Origin: Dictyostelium discoideum
Taxonomy: Eukaryota
Assembly: GCA_000004695.1 (NCBI GenBank)
Contig: CM000151.3
Span: forward strand, 1,632,001 to 1,696,000
Direction: 5' to 3'
Length of the DNA stretch: 64,000 bases
Numbering within the stretch: the stretch's first letter is position 1; the number at the start of each line of letters is the position of its first letter. Position numbers and translations under genes: made by a program. Under the pieces are notes generated by a model. It was not told the DNA's origin. It was given only the letters and a program-made list of their open reading frames with translations, and searched no databases. Positions 49,270 to 61,499 of this stretch are shown here, one piece after another.

Positions 49270-50415
49270 GGTAGATCAACAACAACATCAACATCAACAT
49301 CAAACATTTCATCAGATTTATTTAAAACAAATGTAACAACAAAATCAACATCATCTAACAGCAACGGCAATAACAATAATAATAAATCAACTACATCATC
49401 AACAACAGCATCTAAATCGACAGCATCAGAATCTAAATCAACAACACAAAATAAAAAACCAGCACCAAGACCAGCACCAAAACCAGCACCAAGACCAGAA
49501 CCAAAACCAGCATTAATTCCATCAGCACCAAAAGTAGCAATAATACCATCAACTCAAGCAGTAATGAATTTTGGTAATAGTGGTAATGCATACGTTAGAA
49601 AAGTTCAACCTACTTATGGTAGATTTGCATTTAATAATTATGATTCAACATCATCATCAACATCATCACCAACTACAACAAAAAATTTATTAGGTGCACC
49701 ATTAATTTCAAAACCTTTAGAGGCACCATCAAAAAAAATACCAACCACAATAGTAACATCCACTTCAAACTCTTCATCAGTATCACAAAAGCCGACCTCT
49801 TCATCAGTATCATCCAAAACATCAGGTAAAAGAAATAGTAAATATTCTGATGATGAAAGTGATAATGATGATTATTTTGGTGATAAAGAATATAATAAAT
49901 CTAGAAAAGTAAATTCATCTTCATCACCGTATAGTGGTAGAAATAATAATAATAATAATAATAATAAAAATAATAATAGTAATAGTAATAGTAATAAAAA
50001 TAATAATAGTAATAGTAATAATAATAATAATAGAAATAGTCAACGTAGTAATAATCATAATAATAATAATAATAATAGTAGAGGTGATAGATATTCAGAT
50101 GATGAAGGAGATGATTATTATTCAGAGGAAGAAGAGGATGATGATAGTTTTATTGATGATGATGATGAAGATGAAAGAGAAGTTAAATCATTTTTATCAA
50201 AGATTAGAAAAAGTAAAAATCGTTATGTTGACGATGACGATTTCGATGATCGTAATATGTTAACAAGACATGATGATCTCCAAAGAGAGGAATCTAAATC
50301 TCTTTTCTTGGCAAGAAATGAAGATAGAAAATATGAAGAGTTGGAAAATAAAATGAAAAGAGAAAAAGAAGAAAAGAAAAGAAAGTTTTATGAGCAACAA
50401 CAAAAAAGAAAATAA
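48676..50415 (+). CDS. SPT2-like chromatin protein (S/T/N-rich low complexity with a conserved acidic SPT2 C-terminal domain). Model: join(48676..48939,49036..50415)
   Basis: Exon 1 ends ...QQFEK with a GTATTT donor and the acceptor is TTTAG at 49035, phase 0. The exon is open in frame from 49036 into the ORF-track piece 49222..50415. The C-terminus YSDDEGDDYYSEEEEDDDSFIDDDDEDEREVKSFLSKIRKSKNRYVDDDDFDDRNMLTRHDDLQREESKSLFLARNEDRKYEELEN resembles the SPT2 domain (acidic D/E block with FIDDD, then a basic/acidic segment). Confidence 0.5.
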
Positions 50416-50585
50416 AAATATATAAAAATAAATAAATATAGAATAAAATAAAAATAAAAATAATAATGTATAAAAGAAATTAAAAAAAACTTTATTATTG
50501 TATTGTTTATAAAATAAGTTTCAATAATTTTATTATAAAACAAAAAAAAAAAAAAAAAAAAAAAAAATCAAATCTGAATATTTTT

Positions 50586-50825
50586 TCATTTTTCATATAA
50601 CTCTTTAATGGAGTAAAAAACTTCACGATCACATGTACTATCTTTTAATTGATAGTTTGGTTCATTTAAAAATTTTGAAATGATTTGTCTAGGAATTTTA
50701 CCAGTTTTTGTTTTTGGTAATTGTGGAACAAATATGATTTTTGTTAATTCTGAATAAAAACCAATATCATTTTCAATAATTTCATTAATTTGATTTTTTA
50801 TATCAATTAAAGATAATGATAATGC

Positions 50826-50914
<89 letters not shown>

Positions 50915-52525
50915 GTGAATTATCTGGTTGTTGTTGATTTAAAACTAATAATCCAATTGGAACATTGGCTAAATCTTGATGATAAATACCAATTGAACAA
51001 CATTCTAAAACTAATGGATGTTTTAAAATTGATGTTTCAATATCGTTTAATAGAACATCAAAACCACCAATTTTAATTTGATCATCTGCTCTTGAAACTA
51101 TACCATAATAATCATTTTCATTTTTAAAACCTAAATCACCACTATTATAATAACCTGGAAATTTATTGAACATCTTTTTATAAAGTAATTCATTTTTATA
51201 AAATGTTGTTGCAAAACTTGGTGGTAATGGTAATTTGAATGCAACTTCACCAACTTGGTTCTCTGGTAATTCAATACCATCCTCTGAAAATATTAATGGT
51301 TTTAAAAATGGTGTTGGTTTAAATAGTGTTTTAAACTGTTTACTATTTATTCTTTTATAGTCAAATAAAAGGGCACAACCACTTTCAGTTTGACCGTATA
51401 AATTTGATGAACGACATTTTATTTTACTTTCAATATATTCAGGAATTGATTGTTCAATAACTTCGCCAGATGTCCAAATTGAAACTAAACTTGATAAATC
51501 ATATTTTGACTTAATTTTATTAGCATCTGGATCATTCTTTATAAGGAATCTTATTGTTTTTGGTGATGTTAAAAATGTATTGATTTTATGTTTTTCAACA
51601 GTTTCCCATAAATAATGTTCATAATGAATTGGTTTCATAATGTCGCCTTCAAACATCACCATTGTATTTCCAAGTACTAATGATCCAAATAATCCCAAAT
51701 GAAATGAAATCCATCCAATACTTGAATGTGAAAAGTAAACTGTTTCATCTTTTTTAGAAATACAACTAAACCAACTATAAACCAGTCCAACTAAATTACC
51801 ACCATTACTTCTTACAATTGCTTTACAATTACCAGTTGTACCACTTGAAAAATAAATACTTAATGGGTGATTTGATTCTACTGGTACATATTCATAGAAT
51901 GGTTTTTGATTGTTGTCTTTTATTTTTTGAATTTCTTTGTCCCAATCTAATGTATTTGGTATGATTGGTATGGTTTCTATACTACTATCATTGGATTCAA
52001 TATCTTCATTATTTCTAAAATGAGTAATAACATGATTTGGTTTAAAAGTTGATAATTGGATTGCATCTTTTAAATTTGGTGTAAATGTGATAATTTCATC
52101 ATTTAAAATTCCATAATTTGATGTTATAATTAGTTTTGGTGTCAATTTATCAATTCTATCAATTAAACTTCTAACTGGATAACCATCGAATAAAGTTGAA
52201 AATGTTGCACCAATACGAGCACATGATAACAATGCAATTATTGGTTCTAATGTATTTGCCATAAATATTAAAACAGTATCATTTTTTGATATATTTAAAT
52301 TTAAAAGTACTCTTGAAAATTCACATACTTTTTCGTATAATTGAAAATATGTTAATTTAATTGTTTTCTTTATAAATGGACATTCATAAATTAATGCATT
52401 TTGATCTCTTTTTACAGGATTTTTAACATTTTTATCTAAAACATTATAACATGTATTTAATTCTCCACCTTTAAACCAATCTGGATACATTCCATCACTA
52501 CTATAAATCTTATCATACATTTTAT

Positions 52526-52568
<43 letters not shown>

Positions 52569-52800
52569 TATTATTATATGTGTTAATAGTTTTTGTTAGT
52601 TCTTTTTTTTTTTTTTTTGAATTACTAAATATATAAATACCAGTGAACATATTTTTTTGCAACTTCGTCCCAAAATGAAATTGGATTTATTTGAGAGTAA
52701 TTATAATCATTTTCATAATCGAAAGGGTCACTTAATTTAAACATTTTATTGAAAACTCCTTTTTTTATTGGTTGTTTTTTTTTAAGTGTCCAATTATCCA
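50586..52800 (-). CDS. Short-chain acyl-CoA synthetase (ANL superfamily, acetyl/propionyl-CoA-synthetase / ACSS3-like), copy A. Exon 2 is 52527..50586. The putative exon 1 (52800..52641) is frame-disrupted, so this may be a pseudogene or an N-terminally truncated isoform
   Basis: The 644-aa exon 2 is MYDKIYSSDGMYPDWFKGGELNTCYNVL...YFSSGTTGNCKAIVRSNGG...VSRADDQIKIGGFDVLL..., and it includes a poly-Ser30 insertion from (TCA)n. Upstream, an exon homologous to copy B exon 1 (…SDPFDYENDYNYSQINPISFWDEVAKKYVHW|GTATTT) is present. However, the ATG context reads ATGTTAAATTAA here against ATGTTTAAATTAAGT in copy B. That is a 1-nt deletion, which puts the start codon out of frame with the exon. Confidence 0.65.
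50826..50914. repeat. (GAT)n pure array, about 30 units; on the minus strand it reads (TCA)n and encodes poly-Ser in acyl-CoA synthetase copy A
   Basis: Seen in the sequence. Copy B is shorter here, about 7 units at 53223-53245. Confidence 0.9.
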
Positions 52801-52995
52801 TATCAATTATTTAACACTTATAAAAACAAATAATTTATATGGATAATTCAACACTAAAAATAAAAAAGGTCTTTTTTATACTTTTTTTATAAATTAAGTT
52901 TTATTATAATTTTATGATTATTATTTTTTTAAAAAATAAAAAAAAAAAAATTAAAATCAAAAATAAAACATATAATAAAACATAAAATAATTAAT

Positions 52996-55060
52996 CTAAA
53001 GATTTTTTTCATATAACTCTTTTATAGAGTAAAAAACTTTACGATCAAATGTACTATCCAGTAATTGATAGTTTGGTTCATTTAAAAATTTTGAAATGAT
53101 TTGTCTAGGAATTTTACCAGTTTTTGTTTTTGGTAATTGTGGAACAATTATAATTTTCGATAATTCTGAATAATAATCCATATCATTTTTAATAATTTCA
53201 TTAATTTGATTTTTTAAATCAATTAATGATGATGATGATGATGATGATAATGATGAATTATCTGGTTGTTGTTGATTTAAAACTAATAATCCAATTGGAA
53301 CATTGGCTAAATCTTGATGATGAATACCAATTGAACAACATTCCAAAACTAATGGATGTTTTAAAATTGATGTTTCAATTTCATTTAATAGAACATAAAA
53401 GCCACGACTGTTAATTTGATCATCTGCTCTTGAAACTATACCATAATAATCATTTTCATTTTTAAAACCTAAATCACCACTATTATAATAACCTGGAAAT
53501 TTATTGAACATCTTTTTATAAAGTAATTCATTTTTATAAAATGTTGTTGCAAAACTTGGTGGTAATGGTAATTTGAATGCAACTTCACCAACTTGATTCT
53601 CTGGTAATTCAATACCATCCTCTGAAAATATTGATGGTTTTAAAAATGGTGTTGGATTAATTAGTGTATTATTCTGTTTAGTAATTATTCTTTTATAATT
53701 AAATAAAAGTGCACAACCACTTTCAGTTTGACCGTATAAATTTGATGAACGACATTTTAATTTACTTTCAATATATTCAGGAATTGATTGTTCAATAACT
53801 TCGCCAGATGTCCAAATTGAAACTAAACTTGATAAATCATATTTTGACTTAATTTTACTAGCATCTGGATCATTCTTTATAAGGTATCTTATTGTTTTTG
53901 GTGATGTTAAAAATGTATTGATTTTATGTTTTTCAATAGTTGCCCATAAATAATGTTCATAATGAATTGGTTTCATAATGTCGCCTTCAAACATCACCAT
54001 TGTATTTCCAAGTCCTAATGATCCAAATAATCCCAAATGAAAAGTAGCCCATCCAATACTTGAGTGTGAAAGGTAAACTGTTTCATCTTTTTTAGAAATA
54101 CAACTAAACCAACTATAAGCCAGTCCAACTATACTACCACCATTACTTCTTACAATTGCTTTATAATTACCAGATGTACCACTTGGGAAATAAATACTTA
54201 GTGGATGACTTGATTCTACTGGTACATATTCATAGAATGGTTTTTGATTATTATCTTTTATTTTTTGAATTTCTTTGTCCCAATCTAATGTATTTGGTAT
54301 GATTGGTATGGTTCCTATAATAATACTATCATTGAATTCAATATCTTCATTATTTCTAAAATGAGTAATAACATGATTTGGTTTAAAAGTTGATAATTGG
54401 ATTGCATCTTTTAAATCTGATGTAAATGTAATAATTTCATCATTTAAAATACCACAATTTGATGTAATAATTAATTTTGGTGTAAATGTGTCAATTCTAT
54501 CAATCAAACTTTTAACTGGATAACCATCGTATAATACTATAAATGTTGCACCAATACGAGCACATGATAACAATGCAATTATTGGTTCTAATGTATTTGC
54601 CATATAAATTAAAACATTATCATTTTTTGATATATTTAAATTTAAAAGTACTCTTGAAAATTCACATACTTTTTCATATAATTGGAAATATGTTAATTTA
54701 ATTGTTTTCTTTATAAATGGACATTCATAAATTAATGCATCTTGATCTCTTTTTGAAGGATTTTTAACATGTTTATCTAAAACATTATAACATGTATTTA
54801 ATTCTCCACCTTTAAACCAATCTGGATACATTCCATCACTACTATAAACTTTATCATACATTTTATCCCTTTTTTTTTTAAAAAAAATATGTGTTAATAT
54901 TTTTTTTTATTTTTTATTTTTTATTATTTATTTTTATTTACTAAATATATACATACCAGTGGGCATATTTTTTTGCAACTTCATCCCAAAATGAAATTGG
55001 ATTTATTTGAGAGTATTTGCAATCATTTTCATAATCAAAAGGGTCACTTAATTTAAACAT
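52996..55060 (-). CDS. Short-chain acyl-CoA synthetase (ANL superfamily), copy B. Model: join(55060..54957,54868..52996), about 656 aa
   Basis: Exon 1 is MFKLSDPFDYENDCKYSQINPISFWDEVAKKYAH(W) with a GTATGT donor (phase 2) and acceptor AAAAAG at 54869. Exon 2 is the 621-aa ORF, beginning (W)DKMYDKVYSSDGMYPDWFKGG... It is about 90% identical to copy A. The AMP-binding motif is FPSGTSGNYK, and the hinge region reads RADDQINSRGFYV against RADDQIKIGGFDV in copy A. Confidence 0.75.
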
Positions 55061-55573
55061 TTTGTTGAAAACTCCTTTTTTTTTTTGTGGTGTGTTTTTT
55101 GATTTGAAAAAAAAAAAATTAACAAACTAAATAATAAAAAAAAAATTAAATAATTAAATAATTAAAAAAAATTAAATAATTAAATAATTAAATAAAAAAA
55201 AATTTAAAATTAAATTTTTAAATATTTAAAAAAAAAAAAAAAATTTTTTTTTACCCCACCACATTTGAAATAAAAAAAAAATATTATTTTCATAAAAAAA
55301 ATTATTAATATATAAAAAACACTATTATTATTATTATTTTTATTTTTATTATCATTATTATTATTACTATTCTCTATACTTATACCACTACCAATACTAT
55401 TCCACCAACAGAATTCATAAACTTGATAAACTTGTTGGATTAATTGTTGAAGATGCTGTTGTTGTTGCTGTTTAGGTATTAGTAGTTGTAGTAGTTGTTG
55501 GTGATAATGAAGAATGTAAAATTGTATTACCAATTTTTATTTTTAATTTTTTTTTTCACCTTTTATTTTCTTT

Positions 55574-55604
<31 letters not shown>

Positions 55605-56475
55605 GTTGATTTAATTTTATTTGTTTTTAATATGGATTTAGTATATATAACTAGAGCACTCAAAAATACACATGATGATATAAATAAAAAAAATAAAAAT
55701 CAATATTATTATTTTTGAATTATTTATTTTTTTTTTTTTATTTTTATTTTTAGAATTTAATTATCTTCCATTCTTTTTTTTTGTAATTGTAGGGAATAAA
55801 TTTCATAAAAAATAGATTTTTATTAAAAAAAAAAAAAATTATTTAAATCTAAACATTTTAATTTTTTTTTTTCTTTTTTTTTGAACTGAAAATACAATTC
55901 TTTATTATATCTTATTTAATATCTTTATGATGGGTAAAAATATAATTTATATGTGAATGTGTAAATGTAAACAAAAAATATATATAAAATTAAATTTAAT
56001 AAAATGTAATTTAATTTAATTTTTTTTTTTTTTTTTTTTTTGAAAATAAAATGGTTAATGATTTTTTTTTTTTTTTTTTTGAAATTTAATTAAAATTTAA
56101 AAATTAACCCTGGAATATATTTATATTCGGGTGACCAGGGGAAAAGGGAATTGTTTTAAAAGTTATCCATTTGGTTAAATTTTATTAATTATAAATTTTG
56201 ATATGGTGGAAATTAATTGAATTATTTATTAGCTTGAAATGGTTTAAAAATTTAAATTTTAAACCATAAATTTTGAATAATATTTTTGGAAAAAAAAAAA
56301 TAATAAAATAATAAGAAATATATTGGGCATATTACAAAAAAAAATTGGATGTTCATTAATTTTACCCCATTTAAAATACAAATTTTTAATTTTCAAAGCA
56401 TTAAAATAAAAATATTAATAAAGTATATAATTAAATAATTAAACAACAAAATTTTAATTATTTTGAAAATAAAAA

Positions 56476-56528
<53 letters not shown>

Positions 56529-58374
56529 TGGTTGGGGGTTGTTTACCACAAAACATTTCCTTTTAGGAATATTCCACTCGTTTATTTTATATAAAATTCA
56601 TTTATTCCCATACACTTATACCCCTTTATTAGATTTTTTTTTAAAAAATTTTTAATTAATATTCTTTTTAATTTATTATTTTTATTTTATTTTTTTTTTT
56701 TTTTTTTTTTTTTTTTTGCAGATGATTACTCATCATACGATAGCAACACCTCTTTATATATAAAAAATTTATTTATACACATTAACAAATTTTGAATATT
56801 AAGAAATCATTTATAATTAGAAGTTACCACCATACTAATTGTTGACAAGTATACTATAGTAAATATTAAAAAAAAAAAAATTTAGAGAGTATTTTCTTTC
56901 TTTTTTTTTTTTTTTTTTTTTTTGTATTCAATAATAAAAATCAAACCTAATTTTATTATTTATAAATTTAATTAATATTTAATTAAAAATAATAATAATA
57001 AAAAAAAAAAAAAAAACATAAATACACAAATTAAAAAAAATATATTTATAGGGTAAAATCATACTACTTACTCAATAAAATAAATATTTATCGTATGTAG
57101 ACTTTATTTATACATAAAAATATTTAATTTAAAATTGAAATTTTCACCCCACTCGTTATTTTCACTCTCTCTGGTTAAAAATAATTTTAAAATAAAAATA
57201 ATAAATTAAAGTAATAATTGTTTCAATTTTCATTAGATTTATTTTTTATTTTTTTTATTTTTTTTTTTTTTTTATTTTTTTTATTTTTTATAATTATAAT
57301 TTTTTTTTTTTATATAATTTTTTTTTTTTTTTTTTTTTTCTCTTATTCTTTATTATTTTCAAATTTTCATCACACCCCTTTTTATCTATATCTATCAAAT
57401 AATTATTTATTACAACAAATAAATATATTCACACCCTCTTTAACAATAACACAAATAAAATAAAATAAAATAAAAAAAATTTTAAAAAAAAAAAAAAAAT
57501 AAAAAAAAAATTAAAAATAACAATAACAAAATTTTTACACAGTATACTTTTTTATTAAAAATCAACAACATTTGTATTTTATTTTGGTTTTGTTGTAACT
57601 TTATATATAAAAAAAAAAATATTAAAAAAAAAAAAAAAGTAATAAAAATTTAAATTTTTTAACCAAATAAGGAAAAAAAAAAATAAAATAAAAAAAATAA
57701 AAATAAAAAAAAATAAAAAAAAAAAAAAAATTAAAAAATAAAATAAAACAATCATTTTTATATTTATCAAAATTATTAATAAAATCACAAATAAATAGTA
57801 TTATAATAAATATCCAACAAAAATTTTAATCAATAAAAAAAAAAAAAAAATAAAAAGAAAAAAAATAAAAAAAATAAAGGGAAAAGAAATTAGAATTTTA
57901 AAAATTTTGTGATAATAATTAATAATTAACCACCATACACATAGATTTGCATACCAATAATAAAATATACACATGTAGAAAAAAAAAAAAAAGAAATACT
58001 AAAATGTAATAAATAATTTTTTCAAATACACTCTCATTATTAGTGTATTTTAAAATAAAAAATTCATTGTATCGAGTTTTGAGTGTGTTTTTTTTTTAAA
58101 TTTTATTTAATTTAATTTGTCATTGTCATAATTAATAAAATTTTATATATTTTATTTTTCATAAAAAAAAAAAAAAATTCAAAAAATAAACACACTCATT
58201 GAATAATTTTATTAAAAAAAATCCTTTTTATTTTATTTTAAAAAAAAAGTAATAAAAAAACTAACATTCTAATTTTTCATTATTAAAAAAATTTTATTAT
58301 TATAATTTAGAAAAATAAAAATAAAAAAAATAAAAAAATAAAAATTTTAAATAAAAAAATAAAAAAAAAAAAAA

Positions 58375-60183
58375 ATGTTTTTAGAAACTAAAAATAATAA
58401 TAATAATAATTTAAATAATAAATTAATTAGAAATAAAATAAAAAAAGATAAAATGGTATCACAAGGTAAAAATAAATTAATTCAAAAATATAGTTCAGAT
58501 TTTTCATATTATTTTAATAATCAAGAATTATCAGATATAATAATACAAGTTTCAGAGAATGGATATTTAGATGAAGATGTATTAACAATGAAACCAATTC
58601 CAATAAATATAAAAAACGATAAAAAACCAACATTTGAAGAAATTATTGAATTAATAAATCAAAGAAATAATTGTTTAAATAATAGTAATAAAATAAAAAA
58701 TGATGAAACAAATAGAATCGATTATTTTTATACACATAAATTTGTATTATCAGCACGTTCACCAGTATTTATGAAAATGTTATCATGTCAAATGATGGAA
58801 TCGAATTCAGTTATAATTACATCACATTTTCCAAGGTCAATATTTTATATATTATTAAAGTTTTTATATAGTGGAAAGGTTGAAATGAATGCTACAAACG
58901 TGTTGGAGGTATTGGCGATTGCTGATTATTATCAATTAGAGGATTTAAAGGATTTTTGTGGTAAATATTCATTACAAACTTGTATAGATGGTGAATTGGA
59001 TATTTGTAGGGTATTGTATGCTTCCGAACAGTATGGACTTGAAAAGATAAAGCAATTATGTTTAGATTATATTTCACAGCATTCAATGGATATATTACTG
59101 TCGTCACCAAATTGGCATTTATTAAGTGAAGAGAATTTAATAGAGATTTTAGAACAAGACAATCTTCGTGTACCAGAGGTGGAAATCTTTGATTCTTTAG
59201 TTCGTTGGGCAGAGAAGCAGTATAGTATACTATTGGATTTAGATCCTTCCCTAGGTGATTCAATCAATAAACCTGATTTTCTAAAGAAAAAACTATCAAA
59301 ACCATTGAAATCAATTAGATTTGCAAGTATGTTTCCTTATCAACTTTCATCACATATTGAAAAGACAAATTTGGTAGATAAGGAGATCCTATATGAAGCT
59401 TATCGTTATTGTGCAGCTCAAATTCCAACTAGTATTAATAGTTCAAGTTGTGAATTAAGACAAGGTGTAAAGGAGTTTACATTTCAATTCAATGGTGATA
59501 CAAATGGTGTTTTATATTATTTTGGTACTTGTGAAGATATGGAAGACTATGAAAGTCCTGTCACGAGAAAGGTTGTAACCGTAACAAGCTCCACCATGAG
59601 TATTGGTTATCCTCATCCATTCGTTGGTAGACAATCGACCAATATGTACACTGATAAGGAAGAGAATAGTTTTTTCTGTGTGGATTTAGGTGTTAAACAT
59701 GTACTATGTCCAACTTATTACTCGTTGAGATATGGTGGTGATTCTCAAGGTTCAATCTATGCAGCTCCAAAGAATTGGCAATTGTTGGGTAGTTTAGATG
59801 GTCAAGAATGGACACTCCTTAGAGATCACTCAAATGATCTCTCCTTAAAGGATGGTTATGGTATCGCTGGTTGGGATGTTAAAAGTATTCATTCCTATCG
59901 TTATTTAAAAATCCTTCAAACTGGTCCAAATCAACGTGATGGTAATGAACTTTGTTTATGTTGTTTCGAAGTTTATGGTCGTTTAGTCTCTTTAGAAGAT
60001 GATAATAACAATACAACATGTTCAAGTTTAACAGATGGTGAAAGTGATGATGATGAAATGAAAAATACAACTTCACATATTGACGATGATGATAGTGACA
60101 ATGAAGATGTCAATGACAATAACAATGGCGATGATAGTGATGAAACTAATAATGAAAACGATGATGATATGGATGATAATTAA
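58375..60183 (+). CDS. BTB/POZ + BACK domain protein with a C-terminal beta-sandwich (PHR or galactose-binding-like) domain and an acidic D/E/N tail
   Basis: The 602-aa ORF has a BTB domain (DIIIQVSENGY...FYTHKFVLSARSPVFMKMLSCQMMESNSVIITSHFPRSIFYILLKFLYSGKVEMNATNVLEVLAIADYYQLEDLKDFC). A BACK-like region follows (YASEQYGLEKIKQLCLDYISQH...LLSEENLIEILEQDNLRVPEVEIFDSLVRWAEKQ). The C-terminal domain is ...NWQLLGSLDGQEWTLLRDHSN...YRYLKILQTGPNQRDGNELCLCCFEVYG. Upstream exons are not excluded. Confidence 0.65.
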   Translation: MFLETKNNNNNNLNNKLIRNKIKKDKMVSQGKNKLIQKYSSDFSYYFNNQELSDIIIQVSENGYLDEDVLTMKPIPINIKNDKKPTFEEIIELINQRNNCLNNSNKIKNDETNRIDYFYTHKFVLSARSPVFMKMLSCQMMESNSVIITSHFPRSIFYILLKFLYSGKVEMNATNVLEVLAIADYYQLEDLKDFCGKYSLQTCIDGELDICRVLYASEQYGLEKIKQLCLDYISQHSMDILLSSPNWHLLSEENLIEILEQDNLRVPEVEIFDSLVRWAEKQYSILLDLDPSLGDSINKPDFLKKKLSKPLKSIRFASMFPYQLSSHIEKTNLVDKEILYEAYRYCAAQIPTSINSSSCELRQGVKEFTFQFNGDTNGVLYYFGTCEDMEDYESPVTRKVVTVTSSTMSIGYPHPFVGRQSTNMYTDKEENSFFCVDLGVKHVLCPTYYSLRYGGDSQGSIYAAPKNWQLLGSLDGQEWTLLRDHSNDLSLKDGYGIAGWDVKSIHSYRYLKILQTGPNQRDGNELCLCCFEVYGRLVSLEDDNNNTTCSSLTDGESDDDEMKNTTSHIDDDDSDNEDVNDNNNGDDSDETNNENDDDMDDN

Positions 60184-60287
60184 TTAATTATATAATAACT
60201 TTTTTTTAAAAAAAAAAAAAAAAATCAAAAATCAAAATCAAAAATATATAAGAAAATTGTAATAACGATCAATATATAATAGAAAAA

Positions 60288-60403
<116 letters not shown>

Positions 60404-60694
60404 GTTACATTTTTCTTTTTTTTATTTTTAAATCGATAAAAAAAAAAAAAAAAAAAAAAACAAAAGCCAAAAAAAAAAAAGAAAACTAGAGATGTTCATT
60501 CATAGTTTTTTTCTTTTTTTTTTTTTCTTTTTTTTTTTTTTTGGTTTTACAAAAAAAAAATAAAAAAATAAATAACTTGAAATAAAGAATATTCCAAGAT
60601 ATATATATATATATTTTTTACAAAATTATTTTCCAATTTTTTTTATTTGTTTTTTTTTTTTTTTTTTCTTATTTACAATTTATTTTTTTTTTTC

Positions 60695-60746
60695 CTAATT
60701 TCCTTTTTCAGTATTATTGCTAACAACATTATTACCAACACTATTG

Positions 60747-60777
<31 letters not shown>

Positions 60778-61016
60778 CAGTTTTTAAACTTTCTTTATAT
60801 TTTTGTCTTTGAATATCCATCAATACTCCTTGTCTCATTTTCTATAAAAATTAATGAATTAGATTTGGGATTATTATATTAAAAGTGAATTTTTTTTTTT
60901 TTTTAAGTTATATTTACCTTTCTTGCATCTTTTTGGTCATAGTGAATAAAATATATAAATCCGCCTACTGCTAAAACGGATGTTACCAATGCAATTTTGG
61001 CTTTCTTTGAACTCAT
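60695..61016 (-). CDS. PET117-like cytochrome c oxidase assembly micro-protein, about 81 aa, two exons. Model: join(61016..60918,60841..60695). It is not present in the ORF track
   Basis: Exon 1 is MSSKKAKIALVTSVLAVGGFIYFIHYDQKDARK (single TM) with a GTAAAT donor. The acceptor is TTTTATAG at 60842 and exon 2 is KMRQGVLMDIQRQKYKESLKTDNNNN...NTEKGN*. The pattern resembles human PET117 (...VKQQWDQQRLRDGVIRDIERQ...). It is phase 0 and the intron is 76 nt. Confidence 0.5.
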
Positions 61017-61460
61017 TTTCGTAAATTGATGTTTATTTGGGAAATGAAAATATTATAAAAAAAAAAAAAAAAAAATCAAAAAAAATCAAAAAATTAAAAA
61101 AAAAAAAAAAAAAAAAAAAGAAATTTTAAATTGACCAATTGCTTAAGATTATTGTTATAAAAAATTTTAGTTCATGTTTTATATATTTAAATTTCAAATT
61201 TAAAGAAAAAAAAAAATATATAAATTTATTTAACCCTTAAAATTAAAAATTCTTATGATTATTATAATTATTATCATGGTTTATTTGGATATTAATTAAT
61301 TGTTTTTATATAGATTTAAAATAAAAAAAAAATATATTTTTTATTTTTTTATTTTTTTTTTTTTTAATCTTTTATTCCTTTTTAAGATAAATTTTTTTTA
61401 TTTGGAAGATATTTTTTTTTTTTTATTTTTTTGAGTTTTTTGTAAAATTTAATTAATTTA

Positions 61461-61499
<39 letters not shown>

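Noticed and set aside
52641-52800. Using the upstream ATG at 52800 (MDNWTLKKKQPIKKGVFNKM...) as the true start of acyl-CoA synthetase copy A
   Set aside because: That frame runs into TAA after 22 codons (…NKMLN*). Changing the length of the intervening A9 homopolymer by one in either direction also produces a stop. So it cannot rescue the frameshift, and the disruption stands unless the reference sequence is wrong.
56100-56760. Small GC-containing hairpins in the 3.3-kb spacer (CCCTGG...CCAGGG at 56103-56145; TGTGGT...ACCACA at 56521-56546; GATGA...TCATC at 56741-56757) as an ncRNA gene
   Set aside because: They are isolated short stems with no box C/D or H/ACA signatures and no compositional island comparable to 7262-7560 or 36470-36620. 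They are most likely G-box/CA-box promoter-type motifs or chance. I did not promote them to a finding.
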